Program-made: the position numbers and the translations under genes | The notes under the pieces: model-generated | What the model was told of the DNA's origin: nothing | The model's input: only the letters and a program-made list of their open reading frames with translations | The model's database searches: none | In this document: positions 29,936 to 40,577 of the stretch, in pieces | How positions within the stretch are numbered: position 1 is the stretch's first letter | How the letters are laid out: every line of letters begins with the position of its first letter | NCBI GenBank assembly: GCA_051747805.1 | Contig: JBNJGP010000004.1 | Location: 1 to 61,376, forward strand | Origin: Candidatus Muiribacteriota bacterium | GTDB taxonomy: Bacteria; Muiribacteriota; Muiribacteriia; Muiribacteriales; Muiribacteriaceae | Direction: 5' to 3' | Length of the DNA stretch: 61,376 nt

Positions 29936-32900
29936 TTAATTTGCCGAAGTTTTAAATCTAATAATTTCAGCTTCTTCAATTGGTAAATTAAATTTTGATT
30001 TAATGCTTTTGGTTATTGTTAAAGTATATGTTGTATCTGCTTTCAACTCTTTTTCGGGTTTAAATGTAACTCTTCGAAGATATTCATTATAAACGAATTC
30101 ACCTTTAACAGAGGATACTCCGTCACTTAAAATCAAAGTATATTTATTAATTGTATTCTCGTCCATTATAGAGCTGAATGTAACCGAAATATTTGCAAAA
30201 GTCGAAACATTAGCAGAGTTATTTTCGGGACTTGTTAACACAATATAAGGTGGCGTTAATTCTTTTGCGTTTCCGGCAAAAAACCTGATTTCCATGGGGT
30301 TTTCCAGCACGTTTCCAACTTTATCATTAATTCCCTCTGTTAATGTTATTTTATACTGCTTATGTTTTAAAGGAGAATCGGGAATTAAAACTACCTGACT
30401 TTCTTGTTCTGAGTATTCAATTGATGCTGGTAGGCGTTCTTCAGATTCATCCTGAACATAGAAAGTGTATTTATTTATAGATTCAGGGTCAAGAGGTTTT
30501 GAAAAATAGGCTGTGATTTTTTCAGTCAGTGCCACGTTTTCTTCACCATCCGCTGGAGTAATGTTTACTAATCTTGGTTTAGTTCTATCAGGAGTTTCTT
30601 CTGTGTAAAAACGCCATATATAAGTTTTATTTAGAGGATTACCTGATTTGCAGGCAACTGATGAGGAAACAAGCATTCTGTATTCGCTTTCATATTCAAG
30701 CTCTTTATCAGGTTTAATTTCTGCAATATTTTCCTCCTCATTATAAAAAATCTCTATATCAATCTTTTTGCTTCTTTTTTCAAGTCTTATATTTTTATTA
30801 TTAACAGTTTCTTTATCAAGTTTTTTTGAGAATTCGAGAATAATATCATCCTCAACAGAGACGTCTCTTTGAAGATTTTTTGGCCTAAATTTAACAATTA
30901 CAGGTGGTTCAAGGTCGGGAAGACTTTCTGTTTTAAACTCTATAATATTACCACTTTCAACAACATTTCCGGCCAGATCGCTTGCTTCGGTAATATGTAT
31001 GGAGTAGTATTTTTCATATTCCAGTGTTTGGGCAGGTATAATATTAACAAGGTTTTCATCCTCGAGAAATTCCAGCTTAGCCCTGATAGTACTGCCCTCA
31101 TTGTCCTTTAAGTAAATATTATTTAAGTTAATTGATTTCTCAAGCATGACCTCAGAGAACCTTATGTAAAATCTATCGTTTATACCAATTTTTTCATCTT
31201 TGTCTTCGGGATAACTCTCAATTATTTCAGGAGGAATGTTATCTGGCTCAGGCTCTGTCTGAAAACTGAATATTTTAGTAGATTTCATATGATTGCCGGA
31301 TAAATCACGTACGATTCTTGAAACAGAAACAATATAATTTGTATAATAATAGAATTTATTTTCAGGTATAATAAGGGCTTCTTTTTTATCAGAATCATAT
31401 TTTATATCAGTATTAACGGCAACTCCAGATTCTTCTTCGCTGAGTTTTATAGTGAAATTATTTAAACTCTCCCTATCCATCTGTTTTGAAAATCTTATCG
31501 CTATTTTCTGGTTTACAGGAATTCTTTTATGGTTTCTTTCTGGAAAATGACTTTTTATATAGGGTCTTTCAGTATCAGGAGCTTTTTTTGTTTTAAAAGA
31601 AAATTTGAAAGCTTCAGTTAGATTGTTTCCTGCGGCACATCTCACATTATTATTTATTACAAATTGATATTCTGTATTATAATCAAGTTTTTTTTCAGGA
31701 TAAAAATCAAGCTCGTTCTGCTCGCTTTTATAGCTTACAGTACCTGGGATTTTTCGCCCTTCTTCTGAAGAGAGCATTACAGAGTACTCGTTAATTGTGG
31801 ATTCCTTCATCGATTTTGAGAAATTAATCTTTATATGAGTATCAAGTGCTACATTATCTCTTCCGGCTGATGGTTCAAAATATAATATAGATGGCGGAGT
31901 AGTGTCTGGTTTGCTTTCAACAGTAAAATTCCATACTTTATCCTGAGTCATTTCGTTTCCATATTTATCGGAAGTTGTTTTTTCAATAATGGCAGTATAG
32001 AAATTATCAAACATTAATTTTGTTTCAGGTTCTAAAATTGCTCTTTTTGATGTTTGATCATAAAATACTTCTGATTCAATCTCGTTTTTGCCGTCATTTA
32101 AGCGGAATTTCAAAGTGTCAGCATCGATATTTTTGCTGAAAGTAGCTGTTATCATTGTATCAACAGAAACGTTTGATGCATTTTCGACAGGCGAGGTAAA
32201 TAAAACAGTTGGCGCAGTAGTGTCAGGTGGCCTTTCGGCAAGGAAAAACCAGGCTTTTTCATTAAAGGCATTGCCGGCAAGGTCTTTTACATTTGGAGTT
32301 ACTAATATTTTATATTTTGTGTCATAATTCAATAAATTCACAGGTCGCATGGTTATTTTATGATTATTTTCATTATAATTAAAATCACAGTCCACAATAT
32401 TTTTACCTTCAAAAAGAAAAATGCTGCCAGGATTAATTGATTCAACACGTAATTCTTCTGAGAAAGTAAGTTCGATTACGGAATTAATTGAGACATTTGA
32501 AGAATTAGGTTCCGGTTTAATGTCAACTACTTCAGGAGGTATAATATCAGGGTTTCTTCTTGTAGTAAACCTGATTTTATGTTCTTCTTCCATCATATTT
32601 CCTGATCCGTCAGCTATTTCAGGACCAACTATAAGTATATAAGAAGTTAAGTATTCAAGATTTCCGACAGGGTTGAATTTAATTTTGTCTGTCTCTCTGC
32701 CTTCTAAGTTAAAATTCAAATATTCTCTTTCTTTTGTTTCCTTCTTAATTAACTTAATACTTTTATTTGAAACAGTTTTTGTGTTAACTGGTTCACTCAT
32801 AGTTATAATTACTTCAGGAGAAATAGATATATTAAAAGAGGCGTTTTCGGGCTGAATTTCTTTGACAAATGGAGGTGATGAGTCTGGCGGAAGCTCTGTT

Positions 32901-34291
32901 TTAAATTCCAGAGAATAAAGTTCTTTCAGTTTGTTTCCAGCAAGGTCTCTGACACCGTCGGCCTCTAAACGGTAAAGGGTTTTGTTTTCTAAGTCTTTTT
33001 CAGGAATAATCACAACTTTTGTTTCGCTTTGATTATATAAAACCATTTTATTTATAATTGTTTTTTTATCACCTATTTTATATAATTTTATTGTTTCATC
33101 ATTTAAAGTTGAGTTATCAAGTGGTTTTGAAAAAAACAGAACAATTTGATTATCAATTTTAAAATTTTCTCTATCTTCTGTAGGAATTGTCGAGGTTATT
33201 TCTGGTGGAGTTGTATCACCCTCTTCTTCTGTGTGAAATCTGAAAGAAAAATCATGAAGCATATAGTTACCGGATTTATCTTTTATTGAACGGGAAACAC
33301 TTATTTTATAATGTGTATCAAATTGTAGTTCTTCTTCAGGAAGAATAACTGTTCTGAATGATACTGATGAATATTTAATTTCAACTGGAACTTCTTCCTC
33401 GCTGGTTGATTTTATCAATTTTATATTCTGAGTGTTAATTGTATTTTTATTAATAGGCTCATTAAAAACAAAGGCGAGTTCAGAGTTAATTGAAACGTCT
33501 TTTGCGTTATCTTTTGGAGAGGTTGAAGTTATAAAAGGTGGAGTTTTGTCAGGCGCGGGTTCAACTTTAAACCTCCAGGTTTCAGGGTTTATTAAAAAGT
33601 TATTATGATTGTCTGTGATTCCAGTTGTTAAAGAAACTCTGTAAATCATTTCATTTTCTAGAGGTTTTGAAGGAGAAAAAGAGGCTCTTTTTAAGGAATG
33701 AGAATATTTAAAAGTTCCGGGCACCTTTTCTCCGTGCATATCCTCAACTCTGAAAGTGAATTCATTTATAGAAGATGGTTTTATTTCTTTGTTAAATGTA
33801 AGTAGAATTCTTGCATCTGCAGGAACTTTTTCAGCATCTGCTGCCGGGTATCTTGAAATTAATCTAGGAGGGTCTGTCTGTCCTCCCTTTAACTCGGCCG
33901 AAGAAAGAGTTTGAAAAGATATATTGTAGTTATTTCTTAAACTTTTTCCATTTATATTTTTTATTAAATAACCTGTTAAAATAATATTATAGTTTGAGCC
34001 ATAGTAAAGTGAAGAAACAGGTTTGATAAAAACTTTAAAACCTTTTTCGTCAAATGCTGTTGTAGTTTCGATCTCTTCTCCATACTCGTCATAAAGGGTT
34101 AATGAAGATTTTGTAATGCTCTTTTTATCTATCTGATGAGAAAACTCAAGGATTATTTCAGAGTCTATGCTGACATCACGCTCGTTATTTTCAGGAACAG
34201 AGCGAACTAAAGAAGGATGACCGGAACTTGAATATGATGTACATATAAAAAAGGTCAGGATTATTAAAAAAAATATTTTTTTCAGGCTCAT
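29936..34291 (-). CDS. Secreted protein with 13 Big_5 Ig-like repeats
   Basis: Signal peptide; D.TPP linkers and DLAGN motifs; 13 repeats counted by eye. Confidence 0.88.
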   Translation of the reverse strand: MSLKKIFFLIILTFFICTSYSSSGHPSLVRSVPENNERDVSIDSEIILEFSHQIDKKSITKSSLTLYDEYGEEIETTTAFDEKGFKVFIKPVSSLYYGSNYNIILTGYLIKNINGKSLRNNYNISFQTLSSAELKGGQTDPPRLISRYPAADAEKVPADARILLTFNKEIKPSSINEFTFRVEDMHGEKVPGTFKYSHSLKRASFSPSKPLENEMIYRVSLTTGITDNHNNFLINPETWRFKVEPAPDKTPPFITSTSPKDNAKDVSINSELAFVFNEPINKNTINTQNIKLIKSTSEEEVPVEIKYSSVSFRTVILPEEELQFDTHYKISVSRSIKDKSGNYMLHDFSFRFHTEEEGDTTPPEITSTIPTEDRENFKIDNQIVLFFSKPLDNSTLNDETIKLYKIGDKKTIINKMVLYNQSETKVVIIPEKDLENKTLYRLEADGVRDLAGNKLKELYSLEFKTELPPDSSPPFVKEIQPENASFNISISPEVIITMSEPVNTKTVSNKSIKLIKKETKEREYLNFNLEGRETDKIKFNPVGNLEYLTSYILIVGPEIADGSGNMMEEEHKIRFTTRRNPDIIPPEVVDIKPEPNSSNVSINSVIELTFSEELRVESINPGSIFLFEGKNIVDCDFNYNENNHKITMRPVNLLNYDTKYKILVTPNVKDLAGNAFNEKAWFFLAERPPDTTAPTVLFTSPVENASNVSVDTMITATFSKNIDADTLKFRLNDGKNEIESEVFYDQTSKRAILEPETKLMFDNFYTAIIEKTTSDKYGNEMTQDKVWNFTVESKPDTTPPSILYFEPSAGRDNVALDTHIKINFSKSMKESTINEYSVMLSSEEGRKIPGTVSYKSEQNELDFYPEKKLDYNTEYQFVINNNVRCAAGNNLTEAFKFSFKTKKAPDTERPYIKSHFPERNHKRIPVNQKIAIRFSKQMDRESLNNFTIKLSEEESGVAVNTDIKYDSDKKEALIIPENKFYYYTNYIVSVSRIVRDLSGNHMKSTKIFSFQTEPEPDNIPPEIIESYPEDKDEKIGINDRFYIRFSEVMLEKSINLNNIYLKDNEGSTIRAKLEFLEDENLVNIIPAQTLEYEKYYSIHITEASDLAGNVVESGNIIEFKTESLPDLEPPVIVKFRPKNLQRDVSVEDDIILEFSKKLDKETVNNKNIRLEKRSKKIDIEIFYNEEENIAEIKPDKELEYESEYRMLVSSSVACKSGNPLNKTYIWRFYTEETPDRTKPRLVNITPADGEENVALTEKITAYFSKPLDPESINKYTFYVQDESEERLPASIEYSEQESQVVLIPDSPLKHKQYKITLTEGINDKVGNVLENPMEIRFFAGNAKELTPPYIVLTSPENNSANVSTFANISVTFSSIMDENTINKYTLILSDGVSSVKGEFVYNEYLRRVTFKPEKELKADTTYTLTITKSIKSKFNLPIEEAEIIRFKTSAN

Positions 34292-34422
34292 TCCACCCTC
34301 TCGTTTAAAAGTTTATGCTTTTAGTTAATTTTTCGGATTATAAAGGGAATGTTGTTAATTAGACTTTTTTACCGATGCCCGGAATTTTGTATAATTGGCA
34401 ATTTTATTATATACTTTAAAAT

Positions 34423-35583
34423 ATGAAAACTAACTTTAAAATTCTTATAGTTGATGATACTGATGTGAACAGGGAATTCTTAAAAACACTTATGGAAAGT
34501 ATAGAAAGTGATTTTGAATATCTTGTTATTGAAAGCGAAGATGGCAAACATGCGCTGGAAGTTATTGATGATTCACCTAATCTGGATTTAATTATTCTTG
34601 ATATGATGATGCCTGAATATGACGGTTTTTATTTTCTTGAAAATTTTGTTAAAAATGAAAACCGTAACATTCCAGTTATTGTAATGTCTGCACTTGGTGA
34701 TAATAAAGTTATTCATAAAGCCTATGAATATGGTATATATGATTATTTTGTAAAACCGCTTTCTTCAGATCAGATAATGAGCTTTGAGCTTAAAATAAAA
34801 AATGCTTTAAAAATGAAACAGACGCTTGACGAACTGGGGCACAGGAAAAAAATTGTTGAAAATGAAATTCTGCTTGCCTCCAAAATGCAGAGAAAATTTT
34901 TACCTGCCCCAGTTGAAAATGATTTCTTTTCATTTGACTTTTTTTATCAGCCATATTCTGGTTTATCCGGAGATTATGTTGATTATTTAGCTATTGATGA
35001 TGAAAATATTCTTATTATTATGGCCGATGTTGTAGGGCACGGAACATCCTCTGCAATTCTGGGAGCTATGGTAAAAACTCATACCCGGGATTATGTAAAA
35101 AACACAGAGAATTTCAGTCTTGAAGAATTTACCAATAGTGTGAATAATGAACTTCTGAATCTCGGGGTTGAAGAAGTCCTTGTAACCGCGTTTTTTGGTC
35201 TTTATAATATTAAACACCAGGAAATAAAATATATTGTTGCGGGACATCCTTACCCATTAATTTTTAATTTTGATAAAAAAGAGGCTTTTTTTCTGTCTGA
35301 TGAGAGCTGTCTGCCGCTTGGCCTTTTTCCTGATATTAACCCGGTGCATGGAAAATACTCCCTTGAAAAAAATGACATAATGCTTGTTTTTACAGACGGA
35401 ATAATGGAGGCAAAAACCCAAAACAAAGAATTTTTTGGAATTGAAAATATAAAGGATTATATTAAAGAGCTTTTTGAGCGGGAAAAAGAATTTAATCCCG
35501 ATATTTTTACTGAACATCTAATGTCTAAACTTGTTAAAGTAAATGATGATATAAGCTTGATTTTTTTTAAAGTAAAAAAATGA
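34423..35583 (+). CDS. Response regulator receiver fused to PP2C/SpoIIE (RsbU-like) phosphatase
   Basis: IVDD, LDMMMP, VKP receiver; SGDY, ADVVGHG, AGHP, FTDG, DDIS phosphatase motifs. Confidence 0.92.
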   Translation: MKTNFKILIVDDTDVNREFLKTLMESIESDFEYLVIESEDGKHALEVIDDSPNLDLIILDMMMPEYDGFYFLENFVKNENRNIPVIVMSALGDNKVIHKAYEYGIYDYFVKPLSSDQIMSFELKIKNALKMKQTLDELGHRKKIVENEILLASKMQRKFLPAPVENDFFSFDFFYQPYSGLSGDYVDYLAIDDENILIIMADVVGHGTSSAILGAMVKTHTRDYVKNTENFSLEEFTNSVNNELLNLGVEEVLVTAFFGLYNIKHQEIKYIVAGHPYPLIFNFDKKEAFFLSDESCLPLGLFPDINPVHGKYSLEKNDIMLVFTDGIMEAKTQNKEFFGIENIKDYIKELFEREKEFNPDIFTEHLMSKLVKVNDDISLIFFKVKK

Positions 35584-35756
35584 AAAAAAAAGAATTAAAA
35601 AATAATATGAAACATGCATACCTTTGTTCAAAATGTTTAAGAGAATGTAAACAGAGTGCTGAATGTCAGATTATAAGCTGTCATAGTTTTAAGGAACAGC
35701 TTGTTTTGAACTTTAAAAGGAAGAAAAAAAGGGGAAGGAAATATGTTAAACTTTAA
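35580..35756 (+). CDS. Small Cys-rich protein (58 aa), absent from the ORF track
   Basis: Manual translation MKKKELKNNMKHAYLCSKCLRECKQSAECQIISCHSFKEQLVLNFKRKKKRGRKYVKL; ATGA overlap with the upstream stop and overlap with the downstream start. Confidence 0.65.
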   Translation: MKKKELKNNMKHAYLCSKCLRECKQSAECQIISCHSFKEQLVLNFKRKKKRGRKYVKL

Positions 35757-36309
35757 AAGGATATTATTTTCGTTTTTTTTGTTTTTTTCGTCTATAGTTG
35801 TTTTTTCTGGCTCGTTTTTTGAATTAAATATTCAAAAACCTGAAGCTGAGTTTGAACAAGATTTTTATCTGTTTAAATCGTGGGAATATAAAAATCCTGA
35901 AAAAATTATTTTTAAGGATTATTTTTTCTTTAAAAGGTTTGAACTTGAAACAGATAATGAGCATTATATAGAAATTAGAAAAAAAGATGGAACTCTCTGG
36001 TATTCAAAAACATTTGAATTTAACCAAAGTAAAGCTTTAAATTTAAAACTTGATAAACAGGAAATAGAAATTAATCTGGTTAATAAATCAGATAGACAAT
36101 TTGACCGGTTGTTTTTAAGCTGGGATGCACACTTTCTAGCGCTTCAAAAAGATGATGAAAACAACTGCTATTTTCTGAAAACACAATTTCCTGTAAAAGA
36201 AGAATTTGATTTTTATATAACTGATGGAGATGATTTTTATTTTGGTCCAGTAGAATATAAATCTGATAATATTATTAATAGAGAGATTTACCTTGAAATT
36301 AATGAATGA
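35743..36309 (+). CDS. Secreted hypothetical protein
   Basis: Signal peptide; coupled to the pseudopilin genes. Confidence 0.65.
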   Translation: MLNFKRILFSFFLFFSSIVVFSGSFFELNIQKPEAEFEQDFYLFKSWEYKNPEKIIFKDYFFFKRFELETDNEHYIEIRKKDGTLWYSKTFEFNQSKALNLKLDKQEIEINLVNKSDRQFDRLFLSWDAHFLALQKDDENNCYFLKTQFPVKEEFDFYITDGDDFYFGPVEYKSDNIINREIYLEINE

Positions 36310-36709
36310 AAAAGGATTTTCCTTAATAGAGCTGCTTGTTTCTCTTATAATTATTGCAATAATTGCCTCTGTGGCTTTTCCGGTTTCAAGAATAGGTTTT
36401 GTAAGAGAGCTTGAGGGAGATTTGAAATATTACCTTAGAAGTATAAGAGATGGAATTGATCGCTATAGAGATGAAGAAGGAAGTTATCCAGTTTCTCTTA
36501 AAGAGATGGTTGATAAATATTATATTAGACGTGTGCCTCAGGAACCTTTTGGTAAAAAGTGGCAGTACCGGAATTCAACCGGAGGAGACTGGGAAGATTT
36601 TGAAAGCTATGGCGACCAGTACCGCGCAAAAACGGGGGATGATATATTTGATGTACGTACTTCTAATAATGATTTATCAATTACTGGAGAAAAATACTCA
36701 AGCTGGTAA
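36302..36709 (+). CDS. Pseudopilin, GspG/PulG-like
   Basis: KG|FSLIELLV N-methylation site; YP.SL.EMV...YIRRVPQEPF. Confidence 0.88.
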   Translation: MNEKGFSLIELLVSLIIIAIIASVAFPVSRIGFVRELEGDLKYYLRSIRDGIDRYRDEEGSYPVSLKEMVDKYYIRRVPQEPFGKKWQYRNSTGGDWEDFESYGDQYRAKTGDDIFDVRTSNNDLSITGEKYSSW

Positions 36710-36712
36710 TGT

Positions 36713-37096
36713 ATGAATAAAAAAGGATTTTCTCTGATTGAATTAATAATATCGGTTGGAATTGTGGTTGTTCTTGTTGGAGGCGCCACGCTTTATTTTC
36801 CTAAGTTATCTTCCGAGGCTGAGGTAAATGCTCTGAAGGCTAATTTGAGTACAATTAGAAAGGTTATTGATGATTTTTACGGCGATTTTGGCCGCTATCC
36901 TAGCTCGTTAGAAGAGCTGGTAACGGAGACTCCAGGGGGGTATATTTATTTGCATAAGATTCCACCTGATCCCACAACTAAGAGCATAAACTGGGAAGTT
37001 TCCAAGGATGGAGAAAATTATTATTATTTTAATGAAGCTGATATTGAATATATTAGATATATAAGAAGCGGAAATTCTAAATATAAGGATTTATAA
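36713..37096 (+). CDS. Pseudopilin, GspG/PulG-like
   Basis: KG|FSLIELII; IDDFYGDFGRYPSSLEELV...YLHKIPPDP. Confidence 0.88.
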   Translation: MNKKGFSLIELIISVGIVVVLVGGATLYFPKLSSEAEVNALKANLSTIRKVIDDFYGDFGRYPSSLEELVTETPGGYIYLHKIPPDPTTKSINWEVSKDGENYYYFNEADIEYIRYIRSGNSKYKDL

Positions 37097-37098
37097 AA

Positions 37099-38757
37099 AT
37101 GATTAAAAAAATTGAAAATTATTTAATCCAAAAAAATTATATAAGTAAATCTCAGTTAAACTGGGCTAAAATTAGACAGGGTGAAACCGAAGAACCTTTG
37201 TATAAAATTCTTATTAAAGAAGGTTTAATTACGGAAGATAAATATTTTGAACTTCTGGCGGTTATTTATGACCGGGAATTTATTAAGATTTCAATGGAAT
37301 CATTAAACAGAGATCTTATTCAATCTTTCCCAAAAGCACTTCTTTCCAAGTATAATTTTATCCCGCTTGAAAAAACATTGAATGGGATTAAAATTGCTAC
37401 CATTGAGCCTTCAAACGTGTTTATGTTTCAGGAAATCGAGGAACTGACTGGATATAAAGTAGAATATTGTATTACAACCGTAAACTCCCTATTAAAAATA
37501 AAAAAAAATCTGGGAATAGGATATAATAAAAAGGATGAAATAGAAACTTTATCAGATATTTCAATTGATGATGTTGCCCATAAATTGAAAACCGGTAAAA
37601 TTGAAGAAGTTTCAAATGATGACGATTTGGATCATTATGATGTTCAGAATACAGATGCGCCAGTTGTAATACTTGTTAATAAACTGATTTATGATGCAGT
37701 TAAAAATGATGCAACAGATGTGCATATAGAATGTTTTCAGAAACATCTTAAAGTTAGGTATAGAATTGATGGTGTTTTATTTAAAATAATGGAAATTGAA
37801 AAAAATGCTCAGGAGGCTGTTATTACCAGGTTGAAAATAATGGCCGACCTTGATATAACAGAAAGATTTGTACCTCAGGACGGGAGGTTTCAGCTAAAAA
37901 TTTCTGAAGATTATGTTGATTTCAGAGTTACTTTTTTACCTTCAATGTATGGGCAGAATATTGGGATAAGGATTTTTAATAAAAAAAATACTCCGCTCTC
38001 TTTTAAAGAGATTGGAATAAGTGAAAATCATACAGAAACAGTATTTCAGAATTTAAAAAAGCAGCATGGCTTAATTCTGGTGGTTGGTCCCACGGGTTCT
38101 GGTAAAACAACAACTTTATATACAATGTTAAATAAAATAAATAGCGAAGAAATTAAAATCGTAACTATTGAAGACCCTGTTGAATACAGAATGGATGGTA
38201 TTCATCAAATACAGGTAAAACTTAACAGAGAAGACCCTGCTAAATCCCTTACTTTTGCCGGAGGACTAAAATCAATTTTAAGACAGGACCCCAACGTAAT
38301 AATGATTGGTGAAATAAGGGATAAAGAAACTGCTGAAATAGCTATAAATGCAGCATTAACCGGTCATCTGGTTTTTACAACTATTCACGCAAATACTACT
38401 GTTGAGGTTATTTCAAGGTTGAAGCATCTTGGAATTAATCATGAGTTGATATCTGATGCTTTAACACTTATAATTGCACAGAGACTGGCACGCAGAGTTT
38501 GTAAAGTTTGCAAAAACAAAGAAGGAGCTGTTTGTCCCGACTGTAAAAACACTGGACACTCTGGAAGAACTGGTGTTTTTGAGGTTTTAGAAATTAATGA
38601 AAAAATTAAAGAAATGATTGCTGCGGATGAAGCGGGAATTTTTATAAAAAAATATGCCCAAACCCTGGATTATTGGTGTTCGCTTGAACAGGACGCTCGA
38701 CAGAAGCTGCAACAGGGAATTATCAGCAAAGAGGAATATGAAAAAGTTGTACTATAA
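37099..38757 (+). CDS. GspE/PilB family assembly ATPase
   Basis: [40 protein letters not shown], two CxxC; degenerate MshEN-like N-terminus. Confidence 0.93.
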   Translation: MIKKIENYLIQKNYISKSQLNWAKIRQGETEEPLYKILIKEGLITEDKYFELLAVIYDREFIKISMESLNRDLIQSFPKALLSKYNFIPLEKTLNGIKIATIEPSNVFMFQEIEELTGYKVEYCITTVNSLLKIKKNLGIGYNKKDEIETLSDISIDDVAHKLKTGKIEEVSNDDDLDHYDVQNTDAPVVILVNKLIYDAVKNDATDVHIECFQKHLKVRYRIDGVLFKIMEIEKNAQEAVITRLKIMADLDITERFVPQDGRFQLKISEDYVDFRVTFLPSMYGQNIGIRIFNKKNTPLSFKEIGISENHTETVFQNLKKQHGLILVVGPTGSGKTTTLYTMLNKINSEEIKIVTIEDPVEYRMDGIHQIQVKLNREDPAKSLTFAGGLKSILRQDPNVIMIGEIRDKETAEIAINAALTGHLVFTTIHANTTVEVISRLKHLGINHELISDALTLIIAQRLARRVCKVCKNKEGAVCPDCKNTGHSGRTGVFEVLEINEKIKEMIAADEAGIFIKKYAQTLDYWCSLEQDARQKLQQGIISKEEYEKVVL

Positions 38758-38760
38758 ATT

Positions 38761-39846
38761 ATGAAAATATTTGAATCTAAAAATAAAAATATAATATTAG
38801 ATATTGGTACTAGAAATTCCAAGGCTCTTATTCTTGAAAAAGTTAATGGAAATACTTTTCAAATTAATCATGCTATGGAAGAGGCCAATTATAATTTTAA
38901 TTTTCTTCCTCTGCAGGAGTCAAAAATAAATGATGAAGAAAATATATTGGAAGTGCTTAGACTTGTTTACAGCAGGCTTAAAAGCATGGAAAAAAATGTT
39001 TTTGTAACAATACCCGATCACGTTGTTATTATAAGACTTATTAATGTTAAAAAAAGCGAAGTTGATTCAAATATAAATCCAAAGGAAGCTTTTAAAAAGG
39101 CGGTTTTGAAAAAGCTTAAACCAACATTACCTATTAGTATTGACAGATGGTTTTTTGATATGCAGGAAGTAGAAGATAATAATAAGGAAAAAATATTTCT
39201 TATTGAGGCTATATTAAGGAATAATCTTTTTGAAATAGAAAAACAGATAAGAAAACTGGGATTGAATCCTGTCGGAGTTGATATAAATTCGTTTAATGTT
39301 GTAAATTTATTTTCTGATTATATGGATCAAGAAGAAAATAAAGATAAGAATATTTCCATAGTATGTTTTAATAATAAATCAACAACAATTACAGTTTTTA
39401 GAAATGGAAAGCTTAGAACTGCCCAGACAAGACTCATAGGAAGCAATGATTTTGCAAAAAAACTCTCTGAAGCTGAAGAAATTAGTCATAAAGAGGCTGA
39501 AAAAATATTATATAATGAAACATTATTCTTGCCTGAAATCGCCGAAGAACAGGACAGCATTAAGAATTTTAAAATAATTAAACCAGTATTTTCCGAGTTG
39601 ATTATGTCACTTTTTAATGTATATGAATATTATACTGAGAATTTTAAGGAAAGTGAGATTCATAAAGTTATAATTACTGGCGGGTTTTCAAATATAAAAA
39701 ATATAAAACATCAACTAAGAGCAAGATTGAATATTGATGTTGTAAAAGGAACAGAGTTGATTAACTGTGTAGATTCATCCGGAAATGAAGTTCCCGAAAA
39801 TCAACTTGCTTTATTTCTCCCGGCACTCGGTTCTGCTATAAGATAA
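38761..39846 (+). CDS. pilM: PilM-like actin-fold assembly protein
   Basis: LDIGTRNSK, ITGGFSNI, ALGSAIR; position before pilNO. Confidence 0.75.
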   Translation: MKIFESKNKNIILDIGTRNSKALILEKVNGNTFQINHAMEEANYNFNFLPLQESKINDEENILEVLRLVYSRLKSMEKNVFVTIPDHVVIIRLINVKKSEVDSNINPKEAFKKAVLKKLKPTLPISIDRWFFDMQEVEDNNKEKIFLIEAILRNNLFEIEKQIRKLGLNPVGVDINSFNVVNLFSDYMDQEENKDKNISIVCFNNKSTTITVFRNGKLRTAQTRLIGSNDFAKKLSEAEEISHKEAEKILYNETLFLPEIAEEQDSIKNFKIIKPVFSELIMSLFNVYEYYTENFKESEIHKVIITGGFSNIKNIKHQLRARLNIDVVKGTELINCVDSSGNEVPENQLALFLPALGSAIR

Positions 39847-40016
39847 AACAATAATTCGCAATTAGAAAAAACAAAATTCTTCAAACCTTTAATAATTCTT
39901 TTTCATAATGGCAACCGGTATTTTCCTGTTTAAGTTCGTTATGTCGATAATGTAAAAAGCAGACAATTTTTAAACAATAATTTAAATAGTATTTTTTAAA
40001 AAGGGTGACTTTATAG

Positions 40017-40577
40017 ATGAAATTAAAACTGGATTTATTACCATCTGATAGAAAAAGCATATCAAGAGATTTCAAATCATGGGTTATATGCGCAATTATC
40101 ATCGTTATTACTTTTTCGTGGTACATTCCTGTTAATAATTCAAACGAAAAAAAGCTTCAGAAAATTAATTCAGAACTACAGCAGAGCGAAAGAAATTTTA
40201 ATGTAAAAGAAAATGAGGTAAATACTACAGCTAATTTGTTGGATAAACCCCTGCAAATTGAAGAAAATATAAAATTTTTAATTGACTTTCTTGGCGAATC
40301 TTCTTATTCCTGGTATGGCTTTTTTCAGGCAATTGAAGAATCAAATCCCGGAAAACTCTGGGTGGATAATATAAAAAAAGAGAAAATTAACGAGTTTGTT
40401 ATTACAGGAGAGGCTAAAAATAATTATAAGATAAGCGAGTTTTATGAAGAGTTGATGAAACAGGAAATTTTTTCTGAGGTTTTTTTACTTCAGAGTGAGA
40501 AAACTTTTAAAGAAGAAATTAACTTAAAATTATTTAATTTCAGAATTAGACTGAAGCTTAAAGAGGAACAGGTATGA
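40017..40577 (+). CDS. pilN: PilN-like protein
   Basis: LDLLP N-terminal motif, TM, coiled coil, PGKLWV...ITGEA. Confidence 0.75.
   Translation: MKLKLDLLPSDRKSISRDFKSWVICAIIIVITFSWYIPVNNSNEKKLQKINSELQQSERNFNVKENEVNTTANLLDKPLQIEENIKFLIDFLGESSYSWYGFFQAIEESNPGKLWVDNIKKEKINEFVITGEAKNNYKISEFYEELMKQEIFSEVFLLQSEKTFKEEINLKLFNFRIRLKLKEEQV

Noticed and set aside
25118-34291. Diversity-generating or recent tandem-duplication origin of the Ig repeats
   Set aside because: Repeats are highly diverged; no near-identical template/variable pair or reverse transcriptase seen.
35709-35760. Direct repeat AACTTTAAAAGGA-like at about 35709 and 35749
   Set aside because: Short, AT-rich and within coding overlap; not distinguishable from chance.
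39881-40126. 81-aa antisense ORF and TGGCAA in the pilM-pilN gap
   Set aside because: Shadow of pilN; the TGGC lacks a correctly spaced -12 GC.
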